Both the position numbers and the translations under genes were made by a program. DNA of 64,000 bases from Cenarchaeum sp. (GTDB lineage Archaea; Thermoproteota; Nitrososphaeria; Nitrososphaerales; Nitrosopumilaceae): positions 1,536,001-1,600,000 of the forward strand of contig CBDESU010000002.1 of assembly GCA_965242695.1 (NCBI GenBank), given 5' to 3'. Below the pieces are notes generated by a model that worked only from the letters and a program-made list of their open reading frames with translations, ran no database searches and was not told the DNA's origin. Shown here one piece after another: positions 28,985 to 40,900 of the stretch (positions are counted from its first letter, which is position 1; every line of letters begins with the position of its first letter).

Positions 28985-30262
28985 TCAGCACAGCTCGCCG
29001 GACAGCCCGTGGTCCGTATGTCCGGTCACCCTGGCCAGCACCGTCTGCCCAGGCTCGGCGCCCGTTCCGGCGCCAAAGTGCACCGGCCTGTACCTGTCGT
29101 CCCTGCCCTTGAGCCCCCCGTCCCCCGTCCGCTCGACGAGCAGCACCTCGCACTGCGAGCCGACAAGCCCCGCGTTGGCCTCCCTCGATATCGAGGCTGC
29201 CAGCTCGGACGCGGCCCTGCTCCTGCCCCGCACCGTATCGGCGTCGACCTGCTCCATGCCGGCCGCCTCGGTGCCCGGCCTTGCGCTGTACCTTGACACG
29301 TTGACGATCTCGGGCCTCGTGTCCCTGAGCAGATCCATCGTCGCCCCAAAGTCCTCGTCGGTCTCGCCGGGAAACCCGACTATGACGTCGGTCGCAACGG
29401 TGAACCTCCCGAACCGCCCCCTGAGGGCGGCGCATGCGCCGGCGAACGTGCCGGCCGTGTGGGCCCTCTTCATTGCGGCCAGCACGGCCCCGCTGCCGCT
29501 CTGCACGGGCAGGTGGGCGAACTTGTACACCTTTTCCGAGGCGTACGCATCGAGCAGGCCGCCGCGCATGCGCGGCATGTACATCGGGTTCATCATGCCG
29601 ACGCGCACCCTGAACCGGCCGGGCACGGCGGCCACGGCCACGACTAGCTCGGGCAGGTCGGCCCCGATGTCGAGCCCGTAGCACCCGTTGTCGGTCGACG
29701 TCAGCCACACCTCGCGGCAGCCGTCCTCTACGTCCTCCCTGACCTGCCTTACGATGTCGCCTATGCGGTGGCTCCTCAGCCCGCCCTTTGCGAGCTTTGT
29801 CTGGCAGAACGAGCACTCGCTCATGCAGCCGGCGGCGATCTCGACTATCGCGACGACGGGGTTGAGCCGGACGCGCGGCAGCGCCGCCCTAGGCCCGTCC
29901 GTGTCGCCGAGCGCGACGAGCCTCCCGCCGGACAGGGCCGCGTCGACGGCCTCGGCGGCCCTCTCTATCGTGCGCGGCCCGATGATGCCGGCGCGCGGCC
30001 CGGCAAACCTCTCTACGGTGCGCATCTCGGCCTTTGGGAGGCACCCGGCGACGACGAGCGGCTTTGACGACAGGCTCTTCATGCGGTGAACCATGCGGCT
30101 CGCGGTCGCATCCTTTACCGAGCACGTCACGATGACGCCGGCGTCGGCCTCGTCGTGCGACGCCGCTAGCGTGTGGCCTCCGGCCTCTATGATCCCCGAT
30201 ATGGCCTCCGAGTCGGCCTGGCTGGCCGAGCAGCCGTACGCCTCGACCCACACGCGCGCCAT
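28985..30262 (-). CDS. tRNA t6A37 methylthiotransferase (MiaB-like radical SAM, archaeal e-MtaB type)
   Basis: YGCSASQADSE, TCSVK, GCMSECSFC (CxxxCxxC), HLPVQSGS, DVIVGFPGET, C-terminal TRAM domain. Confidence 0.92.
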   Translation of the reverse strand: MARVWVEAYGCSASQADSEAISGIIEAGGHTLAASHDEADAGVIVTCSVKDATASRMVHRMKSLSSKPLVVAGCLPKAEMRTVERFAGPRAGIIGPRTIERAAEAVDAALSGGRLVALGDTDGPRAALPRVRLNPVVAIVEIAAGCMSECSFCQTKLAKGGLRSHRIGDIVRQVREDVEDGCREVWLTSTDNGCYGLDIGADLPELVVAVAAVPGRFRVRVGMMNPMYMPRMRGGLLDAYASEKVYKFAHLPVQSGSGAVLAAMKRAHTAGTFAGACAALRGRFGRFTVATDVIVGFPGETDEDFGATMDLLRDTRPEIVNVSRYSARPGTEAAGMEQVDADTVRGRSRAASELAASISREANAGLVGSQCEVLLVERTGDGGLKGRDDRYRPVHFGAGTGAEPGQTVLARVTGHTDHGLSGELC

Positions 30263-30269
30263 GCGCAGC

Positions 30270-31673
30270 TCACCGGCGAAGGAGGGCGGCCGCCTCGGAC
30301 GCCGAGACGAGGCCCCTGGATACGGCAAGGTCGGCCGCCGGCGTGCCCGTCGAGAGCGACTCCTTGAACAGGGCCGCGGCCGCCTCGTACCCGATGCGCG
30401 GGGCGAGCAGCGTGACCATCACGGGGCTGTTCCGCGCCCTCTTGGCGAGCGCATCCCTGTCGGACTCTAGCCCGTCGACGAGATTTGATGCGAATATGGG
30501 CACAAAGCTCGACAGCATGTCCGTCGAGTCGAGGACCGCCCTGAGCATGCCCGGCAGCATCACGTTGAGCTCGAACTGGCCGGCCTGGGCTGCCATCGCG
30601 ACGGCCGCGTCGTTGCCTGCGACGGCAAAGCAGACCATGTTCATGCACTCGGCAAGCGACGGGTTGACCTTGCCGGGCATTATCGACGAGCCGGCGTGGA
30701 CCGCCGGCACCCTGACCTCGGCGAGGCCTGCGACCGGCCCCGAGGCCATCAGGCGCAGGTCGTTTGCAAGCTTTGCAATCTCGCCGGCCATGCCGCGGAG
30801 GGCCGCCGAGACGGACGCGACGGCCAGGCGGCTCTGCAGGGCGTGCTGCATGTCGGGCTCGGGCCTGAGCGGGAGGCCCGACGCCCTTGCCAGCTCCGCC
30901 ACGGCGGCCCTGCGGTAGCCCCTCGGCGCGTTGGCGCCGGTCCCGACCGCCGTCCCGCCGAGGGCCACGGCCCGAAGCGCCTTGGCCGCGGCCTGTACCT
31001 GCGCATGCGCCCTAGATATCGCGGTAGCGCATGCGCCGAGCTCGCCGCCGAGCGTGACCGGCAGGGCGTCCATCAAATGCGTGCGGCCGATCTTCGAGTG
31101 CCGCGAGAACTCGGCGGCCTTTTTGCGCAGCGATGCGACGAGGTCCCCGGCCGCCCCGTCCACGCCCCGCATGGCCAAGAGTATCGACACGTGCATTGCG
31201 GTCGGGTACGTGTCGTTGCTAGACTGCGACATGTTGACGTGGTCGTTGGGGTGCAGGTGCGAGTAGTCGCCCCTCTTGCGGCCCATCCTCTCGAGGGCCG
31301 CGTTGGCGACTACCTCGTTGGCGTTCATGTTGAACGCCGTGCCGGCCCCAGAGTTGATCATGTCGACGGCAAACTGCTCGCGAAGCTTGCCGGCGAGTAT
31401 GTCGTCGCACGCGTACACGATGGACCTGCCGCGCTTGGCGTCGATGGCGCCGACCTTCATGTTGGCGATGGCCGCCGAGCGCTTTATCATGACGAACGCG
31501 TCGACGAGCAGCGGGTGGGCGGGGCGGCCCGTGACGCGGTACTGCTCGAGCGCCCTTGCCGTGAACGGGCCGTAGTAGGCCGACGCCGGCACCCTAACCC
31601 TGCCGAGCGAGTCCTCGTCCGTCCTGTACGCCGCGCCCGGCGCCGCCTTCTTCCGGCTCCTGCTAGCCGCCAT
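30270..31673 (-). CDS. Class II fumarate hydratase / aspartate ammonia-lyase
   Basis: SGAGTAFNMNANE, HPNDHVNMSQSSND, KIGRTHLMDA, GSSIMPGKVNP. Confidence 0.93.
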   Translation of the reverse strand: MAASRSRKKAAPGAAYRTDEDSLGRVRVPASAYYGPFTARALEQYRVTGRPAHPLLVDAFVMIKRSAAIANMKVGAIDAKRGRSIVYACDDILAGKLREQFAVDMINSGAGTAFNMNANEVVANAALERMGRKRGDYSHLHPNDHVNMSQSSNDTYPTAMHVSILLAMRGVDGAAGDLVASLRKKAAEFSRHSKIGRTHLMDALPVTLGGELGACATAISRAHAQVQAAAKALRAVALGGTAVGTGANAPRGYRRAAVAELARASGLPLRPEPDMQHALQSRLAVASVSAALRGMAGEIAKLANDLRLMASGPVAGLAEVRVPAVHAGSSIMPGKVNPSLAECMNMVCFAVAGNDAAVAMAAQAGQFELNVMLPGMLRAVLDSTDMLSSFVPIFASNLVDGLESDRDALAKRARNSPVMVTLLAPRIGYEAAAALFKESLSTGTPAADLAVSRGLVSASEAAALLRR

Positions 31674-31888
31674 GCGCCGCCCGCGGCCCGTGCGCGGCTT
31701 ATCACTCTTTGTCCGCGGGATCGGCCGTGCCGGCCCCTAGACGGGGCGGACTGGCGGCGGGCGGGCGCGGGGAACAGGGGCGGCGCGGGGCGCATCCGGG
31801 CGGCGGCGCCCCTCGGCCGCGGCGCCGCCGCGGAATGGCGGGCAATTACATGCAAGCCTTATATTCTGTTTTTTAAGCGCCCGCCCCA

Positions 31889-33289
31889 ATGCATAAACAG
31901 ACGCACTTGATCCTCACGATCGCCGCAGTGGCGGTCATGGGGGCAACGCTACTTGGAAGCACCTTCACGCAGGCGCCCGCGGCGGATTCGTCGTCGGGGG
32001 TGACGAAGCAGAGCACCGACCTCCTAGAGAAGATACACGACATGGGCGGCCTGCAACTGGTCATGCCCAAGGCGTTCGCCGAGACCGACTGCGACATGCT
32101 GGAGGCCACCGGGCGCAACGTCGTCGAGTTCAGCCTCACGGGAGAGAGCATCGAGATGCCCATCATGGGCGGCAAGACGTACTATGCCATGTCCTTCGGC
32201 CAGCAGATTCCGGGCCCGACGCTCAGGGTGACCCAGGGCGACGTGGTCAAGATGTCGCTTACCATACCCGAGGACGAGGCCACGGCGCACGGCAACGACA
32301 TGCACGCCTCGCAGATGTCGTCTGCCAACTTTGACGCAGTGTATCCTGGCGAGACCGACACGTACTGCTTTATCGCAGAGTCTGCCGGCCTCTTCAAGTA
32401 CCACTGCTCGGGCGTCGACCTGGTCGGAATGGACCAGCACGTCCTGTCCGGCATGCACGGCATCGCCATCGTAGACCCGGCCAACGGCTACAAGACGCTC
32501 CCCGTCGAGAAGACGAGCGGCAGCGGCGTAGTCGACCGCCAGTACTACTCGCCCGACGCGCTAGAGTTCGTACTCCAGTACTCGCAGCTCTACCTCACGG
32601 ACGAGGGATACTACGACGGGGCGGCGATGATCCACCACGAGCAGGACCAGAGCACCGTCAACGGGCAGGCGTTCAGCTACGTGCCCAACGGCGTCCACAA
32701 CCTGCTCGTAGCCGGCGACATGGACACGAACATCTTCGTGGCGCAGCCGTGGAACGGGCTCGACCTAGAGCAGTTCCAGTCGCAGCTCCTCTACGTGGAG
32801 ACGGGCCAGCACGTCCGCCTGTTCATCGCGAACCAGGCAAACGAGCCGGTCTTCTTCCACATCGTAGGAGAGATACTCGACAGGGTTGTCCAGGGCAACA
32901 GGGTCCAGTCGGCAGCCACGGAGACGTGGATGCTCGGCGGCTCGCAGAACATGATCGTAGACGTCGTGTTCGACGAGCCCGGCACGTACGCGGCCGTCAA
33001 CCACGACTATGCGGCGCTGTACACCGGCGCGGTGACGGTCTTCGTGGCCGGCGATCCGTTCGGCCTCAACGAGAGGCTGATCGACGCCGAGGTCATCGCG
33101 GATGCAGTCCCGTCGTACGCGTACGTTCTCGGCAACCCGAGCGATGCGGTGCCCCCGATGGGCGCCAACAGCATCGCGCACCCCGCCGTCAACGTGCACG
33201 GAATGTACACCGACGACGTGGTCGAGCAGAAGATAGCCGAAGGCGCGATCCCGCTCTGGGAAGTAGTACCGACGCTGCCGCCGATCTAG
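31889..33289 (+). CDS. nirK: Copper-containing nitrite reductase (thaumarchaeal NirK)
   Basis: Signal peptide; HGNDMHAS, YHCSG...DQHVLSGM (Cu ligands), FFHIVGE, VNHDY; N-terminal GGLQLVMPKAFAETDC typical of AOA NirK. Confidence 0.93.
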   Translation: MHKQTHLILTIAAVAVMGATLLGSTFTQAPAADSSSGVTKQSTDLLEKIHDMGGLQLVMPKAFAETDCDMLEATGRNVVEFSLTGESIEMPIMGGKTYYAMSFGQQIPGPTLRVTQGDVVKMSLTIPEDEATAHGNDMHASQMSSANFDAVYPGETDTYCFIAESAGLFKYHCSGVDLVGMDQHVLSGMHGIAIVDPANGYKTLPVEKTSGSGVVDRQYYSPDALEFVLQYSQLYLTDEGYYDGAAMIHHEQDQSTVNGQAFSYVPNGVHNLLVAGDMDTNIFVAQPWNGLDLEQFQSQLLYVETGQHVRLFIANQANEPVFFHIVGEILDRVVQGNRVQSAATETWMLGGSQNMIVDVVFDEPGTYAAVNHDYAALYTGAVTVFVAGDPFGLNERLIDAEVIADAVPSYAYVLGNPSDAVPPMGANSIAHPAVNVHGMYTDDVVEQKIAEGAIPLWEVVPTLPPI

Positions 33290-33298
33290 ACGAACGCT

Positions 33299-33314
33299 GT
33301 TTTTTCCTTTTTTC
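33299..33314 (+). terminator. Oligo-T archaeal terminator after nirK
   Basis: TTTTTTCCTTTTTTC about 10 nt after the nirK stop. Confidence 0.6.
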
Positions 33315-33349
33315 TACAAAATATATGGAGCCTGCGCGCCGCGCCGCCC

Positions 33350-34321
33350 GTGGACGCCGCCGAACCGCCGCCAGCCGCCGCAGAGCAGGGCGCGAAGGGC
33401 AGGGAGGCGCTCGTGTGCGACGAGGTCGACGCGTCGCTCGCGCGCATACTAGAGTCCAACGGCATGGCGGTCGCGTACGAGCCGTCGATCACGGCCGGGC
33501 GCCTGCTAGAGGTCGCCGGCAGGTTCGATGCGATCGTGGTGCGCAGCCGGACAAAGGTGACGGCCGACGTGGTCTCGCGCGCCGAGCGGTGCAGGGTGAT
33601 CGCGCGCGTCGGAGTCGGACTAGACAACATCGACGTCGGCGCGGCCGAGGCGCGCGGCATCAGGGTCGTCAACGCGGCAGAGGCGGCCACGACGGCCGTC
33701 GCCGAGCTCGTCCTTGCCCTCATGCTGTCGATGGCCAGGCAGGTGCCGCGCGCCGACGCCGGCATGCGCGGCGGGGAATGGCTAAAGTCCGCGATACGGG
33801 GAACCGAGCTGCGCGGCAAGTACCTCGGGATAGTGGGGCTGGGCAACATCGGAAGGCGCCTCGGCCGCCTGGCGCGGGCCCTGAACATGAACATTATAGG
33901 CCACGACGTGGTCCCGATCGACGCCGAGTTTGCAAGGGACGTCGGGCTGATGAAGGCCGACCTCGACACGCTGCTGCGCAGCTCGGACTATGTGTCGCTG
34001 CACGTGCCGCTGCTCGACTCTACGCGGCACATGATCGGCGCCGAAAAGCTGGCCCTCATGAAGCCGACGGCGAGGCTCATCAACACGTCGCGCGGCGGCA
34101 TAGTCGACGAGGACGCCCTGTACGATGCGCTCGAGTCGGGCCGGCTCGCCGGCGCGGCCCTAGACGTGTTCGAGTCCGAGCCGGCCGCCGGCCACCGCCT
34201 CTCGAGGCTCGACAGTACCGTCCTCACGCCGCACGTCGGCGCGATGACGGCCGAGGCGCAGGCGCTCGCGGCCAACGTGGCGGCCGAAAAGATCATCCAG
34301 GTGCTGCGCGGCGTCATCTAG
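33350..34321 (+). CDS. serA: D-3-phosphoglycerate dehydrogenase / D-2-hydroxyacid dehydrogenase
   Basis: RVGVGLDNID, GIVGLGNIG, LHVPL, INTSRG, ALDVF, TPHVGA. Confidence 0.85.
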   Translation: MDAAEPPPAAAEQGAKGREALVCDEVDASLARILESNGMAVAYEPSITAGRLLEVAGRFDAIVVRSRTKVTADVVSRAERCRVIARVGVGLDNIDVGAAEARGIRVVNAAEAATTAVAELVLALMLSMARQVPRADAGMRGGEWLKSAIRGTELRGKYLGIVGLGNIGRRLGRLARALNMNIIGHDVVPIDAEFARDVGLMKADLDTLLRSSDYVSLHVPLLDSTRHMIGAEKLALMKPTARLINTSRGGIVDEDALYDALESGRLAGAALDVFESEPAAGHRLSRLDSTVLTPHVGAMTAEAQALAANVAAEKIIQVLRGVI

Positions 34322-34919
34322 GCGGGGCGGGGCCGCCGCCTGCCCTTCCGCCTCCACTCCTACCAGCGCATCCGATGCCGCGCCGGCAGGCGGCCGACCG
34401 CGGGCCGCGCAGGGCGGAACCCGGGGCGCCCCATGCCGCGCCCGCGATCTCAGGCGTTCCGGCGCCGCGGACACGGCATCGCCGCACCGCATGCCGCGCC
34501 GGCGCGCCATTGCTCCGGTCTTCCTGCGGCCGCGAGAGGGCGCCGGCTGCAAGGGTGCAGCTCCAGCAGGGCCTCTGTGCGGTCGCGCCCTCCTGCGGCT
34601 GCGAGAGGGCGCCGGCTGCAGGGGCACTGGCGGCATGCGGCGCGATCGTCCCTCTTCTGGCGGCGCTATGGATGGGGGCCGCCTATGGGAGTGTATGGGG
34701 GATGGCGGGGACGTGGCCCTGCGCCTGTGGGATGATCCGCCCCCCCCCCCAATCACTATTCTTTTATAGGTGGCATTGGGGCGGCGGGCGGGCAACAATG
34801 GCGCAAAGCACATTCCCTGCATGCGGCACGGGCCGGCCGCGTAGGAACTCCCGCGCGGCAGAGCTGGGGGGGGGGGCGGCACGAAGCGCCGACCCCGCAG
34901 CGGCCGGCGTCCTGTCGCC

Positions 34920-37900
34920 GTGCCAGTCCTTGCCTTGGTAGCGGCCGCGCTTGCCCTGGCCGCAACCGTAGGCGCGCCGCCCGCGGCTCATGCCCATACC
35001 ACTGCTGCCACGGGCGAGGTGACCGCGTGTAGCGAGACCACTGGAACTTCAACCATCTCGTCGATCGACTTCACCTCGGACGACGGTACGTACGGGATCG
35101 GCGACACCATAGGCATTAGAGTCACAACGACTGAAAATACCGCCGGCGATGACAGCCATAAACATGTAATGGGGCACACCCTCGTCAAGCTCGAGACGGG
35201 AAATACGGATCGGTTTGCCGAATACAGCAGGCATACGGGAGGTACTAGCAACATAATCGACTACACGTACACCGTGCAGGCAGGCGACGTGTCCAGCGAC
35301 CTCGACTACCACTCGAGGACGGCGCTGTTCTGGACGATCCGTCATGGTGGACTTGACTGGCAGCCTACAGACGTTCACGACACGATATTCAACTGCCAGC
35401 TGCCAGCGACCGGAGGAGCCGGCTCGCTGGCCCATGGGAATGCCATCGTAGTCGACGGGATCGCGCCAGAGGCGCAGAGCGTCACCTCTTCCACGGCCGA
35501 CGGCACGTACGGCAAGGGGGAAACGATCACGGTGCAGGTGTCGTTCAACGATGCCGTCACCGTCGACACCACGGGCGGCACGCCGACCATACAGTTAGAG
35601 ACGGGAGCGACCGACAGGAACGCGACGTACAACGCGGCGGCGAGCACCACCACCGTGCTGGCGTTTTTGTACACGGTGCAGCCTGGCGATACCGCGTCCG
35701 ACCTAGACTACAAGAACACCCTGGCCCTGTCCACCAACGGCGGAACCATACAGGACGCGGCCGGTAACAACGCCACCCTGACGCTGAAAGAGCCGGGAAT
35801 ATCCGGCTCACTCGGCCACTCAAAGGCCATCATTATCGACACCCCTCCAGCCGTCTCGTCTGTAACGTCCCAGACGGCCAACGGATCGTACAAGGCCCAA
35901 TCGACGATCGTCGTGCAGGTGGAGTTTGACGAGCCCGTCACCGTCGACACCGCGGGCGGCACGCCGACCATACAGCTCGAGACGGGTGCGACCGACCGAG
36001 ACGTGGCGTACGACGCGTCCGCCAGCACCTCGACCGTGCTGGCGTTTTCGTACACGGTGCAGCAGGGCGATGCCGCGTCCGACCTGGACTACACGGGCAC
36101 GACGGCCCTGTCCCTCAACGGCGGGACGATCCAGAACGCGCAGGGCGACGACGCCGACCTGGCACTGAAAGAGCCGGGAGATCCTGGCTCGCTCGGCGCC
36201 TCGAAGGACATCATTATCGACACCGCCGACCCGACCGTCTCGTCGGTCACGTCCTCGTCGGCCGACGACTCGTACAAGGCCCAATCGACGATCGTCGTGC
36301 AGGTGGAGTTTGACGAGCCCGTCACCGTCGACACCGCGGGCGGCACGCCGACCATACAGCTCGAGACGGGTGCGACCGACCGAGACGTGGCGTACGACGC
36401 GTCCGCCAGCACCTCGACCGTGCTGGCGTTTTCGTACACGGTGCAGCAGGGCGATGCCGCGTCCGACCTAGACTACACGGGCACGACGGCCCTGTCCCTC
36501 AACGGCGGGACCATACGGGACGCGGCCGGCAACGATGCCGACTTGGAGCTGGAGGACCCCGGAACGTCTGGCTCGCTCGGCCACTCAAAGGCCATCGTAG
36601 TCGACACCGCCGCCCCGACGGTCTCGTCTGTCACATCCTCGTCGGCCGACGACTCGTACAAGGCCCAATCGACGATCGTCGTGCAGGTGGAGTTTGACGA
36701 GGCCGTCACCGTCGTCACCACGGGCGGCACGCCGACCATACAGCTCGAGACGGGCGCGACCGACCGAGATGTGGCGTACGACGCGTCCGCCAGCACCTCC
36801 ACCGTACTGGCGTTTTCGTACACGGTGCAGCCTGGCGATGCCGCGTCCGACCTGGACTACACGGGCACGACGGCCCTGTCCCTCAACGGCGGGACGATAC
36901 GGGACGCGGCCGGCAACGATGCCGACTTGGAGCTGGAGGACCCCGGAACGTCTGGCTCGCTCGGCCACTCAAAGGCCATCGTAGTCGACACCGCCGACCC
37001 GACCGTCTCGTCGGTCACGTCCTCGTCGGCCGCTGCTTCATACCTGGAAGGATCAACGATCGTCGTGCAGGTGGAGTTTGACGAGGCCGTCACCGTCGTC
37101 ACCACGGGCGGCACGCCGACCATACAGCTCGAGACGGGCGCGACCGACCGGAACGCGACGTACAGCGCCGCGGACAGCACCTCGACCGTACTGGCGTTTT
37201 CGTACACGGTGCAGCCTGGCGATGCCGCGTCCGACCTGGACTACACGGGCACGACGGCCCTGTCCCTCAACGGCGGGACGATACGGGACGCGGCCGGCAA
37301 CGATGCCGACCTAGAGTTGGATCCGCCGGGCACGGACGGCCTGCTCGACTCGGGGACGATCCTCGTCGATGCAGTGCAGCCGACCGTCGACTCTGCCTCG
37401 TCGACGACCCAGCCCGGCACGTACCCCATCGGCTCGTCCATAGTCGTCACGGTCACGTTCAGCGAGGATGTGGCCGTCGTCACCGCGGGCGGCACGCCGT
37501 CGATCGCGCTGAACACGGGCGCGGCCGGACGGTATGCGGTGTACGACGCGGGGGCCAGCACTGCCAGGACGCTGGCGTTTGCGTACACGGTGACCGAGGG
37601 CGACGACACGGCAGACCTAGACTACAACAGCACGGCCGCTATTCTGCGCAACGGCGGGACCATACGGGACGCGGCCGGCAACGACGCCGACCTAGAGTTG
37701 GATCCGCCGGGCACGGACGGCCTGCTCGACTCTGGGACGATCCGCCTAGAGGCGGTCCGCCCTGCGGTCGACTCTGCCTCGTCGACGACCGAGCCGGGCA
37801 CGTACCCCATCGGCTCGCCCATAGTCGTCACGGTCACCTTCAGCGAGGATGTAACCGTCGTCACCGCGGGCGGCACGCCGTCGATCGCGCTGAACACGGG

Positions 37901-40900
37901 CGCGGCCGGACGGTATGCGGTGTACGACGCGGGGGCCAGCACTGCCAGGACGCTGGCGTTTGCGTACACGGTGACCGAGGGCGACGACACGGCAGACCTG
38001 GACTACAGCGCGGCGGCCGTCATTGTGCGCAACGGCGGGACCATCCGGGACGCGGCCGGCAACGATGCCGACCTAGAGTTGGATCCGCCGGGCACGGACG
38101 GCCTGCTCGACTCTGGGACGATCCACCTAGAGGCGGTCCGCCCGGCAGTAGAGTACGTCTACTCGGAAAAGGACAACGATCTGTACCCCGTCGACACCGT
38201 GATCGACGTGCGGGTAAAGCTTGGCGAGGAAGTCATCGTCGACAACTCTAGCGGCACGCCATCCATACGGCTAGAGACGGGCACGACCGACCGGAACGCT
38301 ACATTTGCCGGAGGCAACAACTCGGACACGCTGGTGTTTACGTACACGGTGCGGCAGGGCGACGAGACGGACGACCTGAACTATACGGGCACGACGGCCC
38401 TGTCCACCAACGGCGGGACCATACGGGACGCGGCCGGCAACGACGCCGACCTAGAACTACCCGAATGGGGCGCCGGGGACACGCTCGGAGAGCGCAAGGA
38501 CATCGCAATCGACACCGCGGCGCCCGTGGTACTATCCGCCGAGGCAGAGTTTTTGGACCGCATACGCGTCACCTTTGACGATTCCGTGGCGTCCGGCTCA
38601 CTGAACGCCTCGGCCGGCTGGTCCATATCGGGGCCCAGCGTGGCCAACCTTTCAATAGCAGCCCTTGAGCCCGTCCCTGCGTCGGCGCCGCGGGACAATA
38701 TCGTCTTTATGCTCAACGACACCCTGCCCAACACGGCCCCCGATCTCGAGCTGTCCTACGACGCCGGCGCCGGCGGCATCCGGGACGAGGCCGGCAACCT
38801 CCTGCAGGACACGACGGGCATAGTCGTGGCCGACCGCATACGGCCGAACATTCTCGAGCCACTGATCACGGGGAATCGCGAGATTACGATCGACTATACA
38901 GAGCCGGTCGCCGCATCGCCGGGAGCCTACTCGGGGCTCGAGATCGGAGGGGATGCCCGCCAGCTGGACCCCCACGACACGGCCCCCCTTAGCCGGCACG
39001 TGATCACCTTTGACGGCGAGCCGGCCCCCGTCCCGGAGCCGCCGAGCAGCATGACCGTGAACGGCACGGCGGTAGTCGACGGGGCTGACCCGCCAAACCC
39101 ACTCGGCGACGATATCTTGACCGTGGACATACTGGACGGGAGGGTCTTGGACGTATTCTCGTCTAGGATCACGGGGCCCGACACGGCCGTCATTGCGTAC
39201 ACTAGGAGCGCAGAGGCCCCGCTCGAGGCGTACTCTTCGCTCGTGGTCGGCGGGCAGAACAGGACGATAACGGGGCTGGACGGGGGAGACGCCGGCGCCG
39301 GCAGCCACTTCCACACGCTCACGTTCTTGCCGGGCGGCGCGCCGCCGAACGCGACCGGCAGCGTGGCGATCGACGGCACGGCCGTCGTCTCGCCGGGACT
39401 GGACATGCGGCTCGGCAACGGCACGGTCCAGCACACGCTTGCCGACGGCCAGTCGCCGTCGGTGCTCGGCGCCACGGCCGTATCGCTCGACACGATACGG
39501 GTCTTGTTCAGCGAGCCCGTACTGGCACCGGGCGCGGGAGCCGGAGGATGGTCGGTGTCGGGCCGCGATGCCGAGGGACTTGCCGTCGCCTCGAGCCAGG
39601 ATGCCGCAGAGCCGGCGGACTCGCTCGACCTCACGCTGGGAGGCGATCTGCCCGACACGGCGCCCGACGCGATAACCCTCTCGTACCGCCCGGCCGACGG
39701 CGGCAGCGTCGAGGATGCGGCCGGAAACGACCTTGTCGCCTCGTCGACGAGCGTTGCGGACGGGATCGTTCCAGAGGTTCGATCTGCCGCCGTTTCGGGG
39801 CCCAACGAGGCCGAGGTTCGGTACACGGAACCCGTATGGGCCGCGCCCGGAGCGTACGCGTCCGTGACGCTGTCATCGGGCGACGAGCCGCGCGCGGTCG
39901 TCTGGGAAGGAAACGGGACGGGCACCCACACGGTCTCGTTCGGCGGCAATCCTGCGGGGCCGGACGCGACCGGCTCGCTGGGAGTGGATGCGGCGGCGGT
40001 GCGCGATGCGGCGGGGCACGCGCTCGCAGCGGGAGGCGCGATCGCGCTTGCCGACGGCCAGTCGCCGTCGGTGCTAGGGGCCACGGCCGTGTCGCTCGAC
40101 ACGATACGGGTCTTGTTCAGCGAGCCCGTGGCGGCCCCAGGCACGGGAGCAGGAGGATGGTCGGTGTCGGGCCGCGACGCGGCCGGCCTTGCCGTCGCCT
40201 CGAGCCAGGACGCCGCAGAGCCGGCGGACTCGCTCGACCTCACACTGGGAGGCGATCTGCCCGATGCGGCGCCCGACGGGGTGGTGATCTCGTACGATCC
40301 GGCAGACGGCAACGTCGCCGATCCAGCCGGCAACGAGCCTGCCGCCTCGTCGGCGGACGTTGCCGACGGGATTGCCCCAGAGGTGCGGTCCGCATTTGTC
40401 GCGGGGCCGAACGCGGCCGAGGTCAGGTACACGGAGCCCGTGTGGGCCGCGCCCGGCGCGTACGCGTCCGTCACGCTGTCTTCGGGAGGCGGCCTGCGTG
40501 TGGTCTCTAGCCTGGCGGGCAACGGGACCGCCGTGCATACGGTGGCATTCGGCGGCGAGCCGGCGGGGCCGGGGGAGACGGGCGTGCTCGAGATGGATGC
40601 GACGGCGGTACGCGATGCGGCCCGGCTTCCGCTTGGGACGGACGCCGCGCTCCAACTCGATCTGGCCGGCGCGGCGCCGCAGCCGGGCAACGCCACGGCC
40701 AGGGCCGTGTTTACCGCTAGCAACGTCGCGACCATAACGTACTCGGCGGCGCTCGGGCCGCCGGCGGGGCACGACGGCCCAGTGTACACCGCGGTGGCGA
40801 TCAACGGGGAGGGCGCCGCCTCCGCCGCCAGCACGCGCCCCGTGTCGGGCGTGGAGGGGCTGGGCACGGCGGTCCACGCCGTCGCGTTCGGCGGGGACGG

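Noticed and set aside
30270-31673. Lyase gene as the missing argH
   Set aside because: GSSIMPGKVNP, HPNDHVN and SGAGT motifs mark the fumarase/aspartase branch, not ArgH (SSIMPQKKNP).
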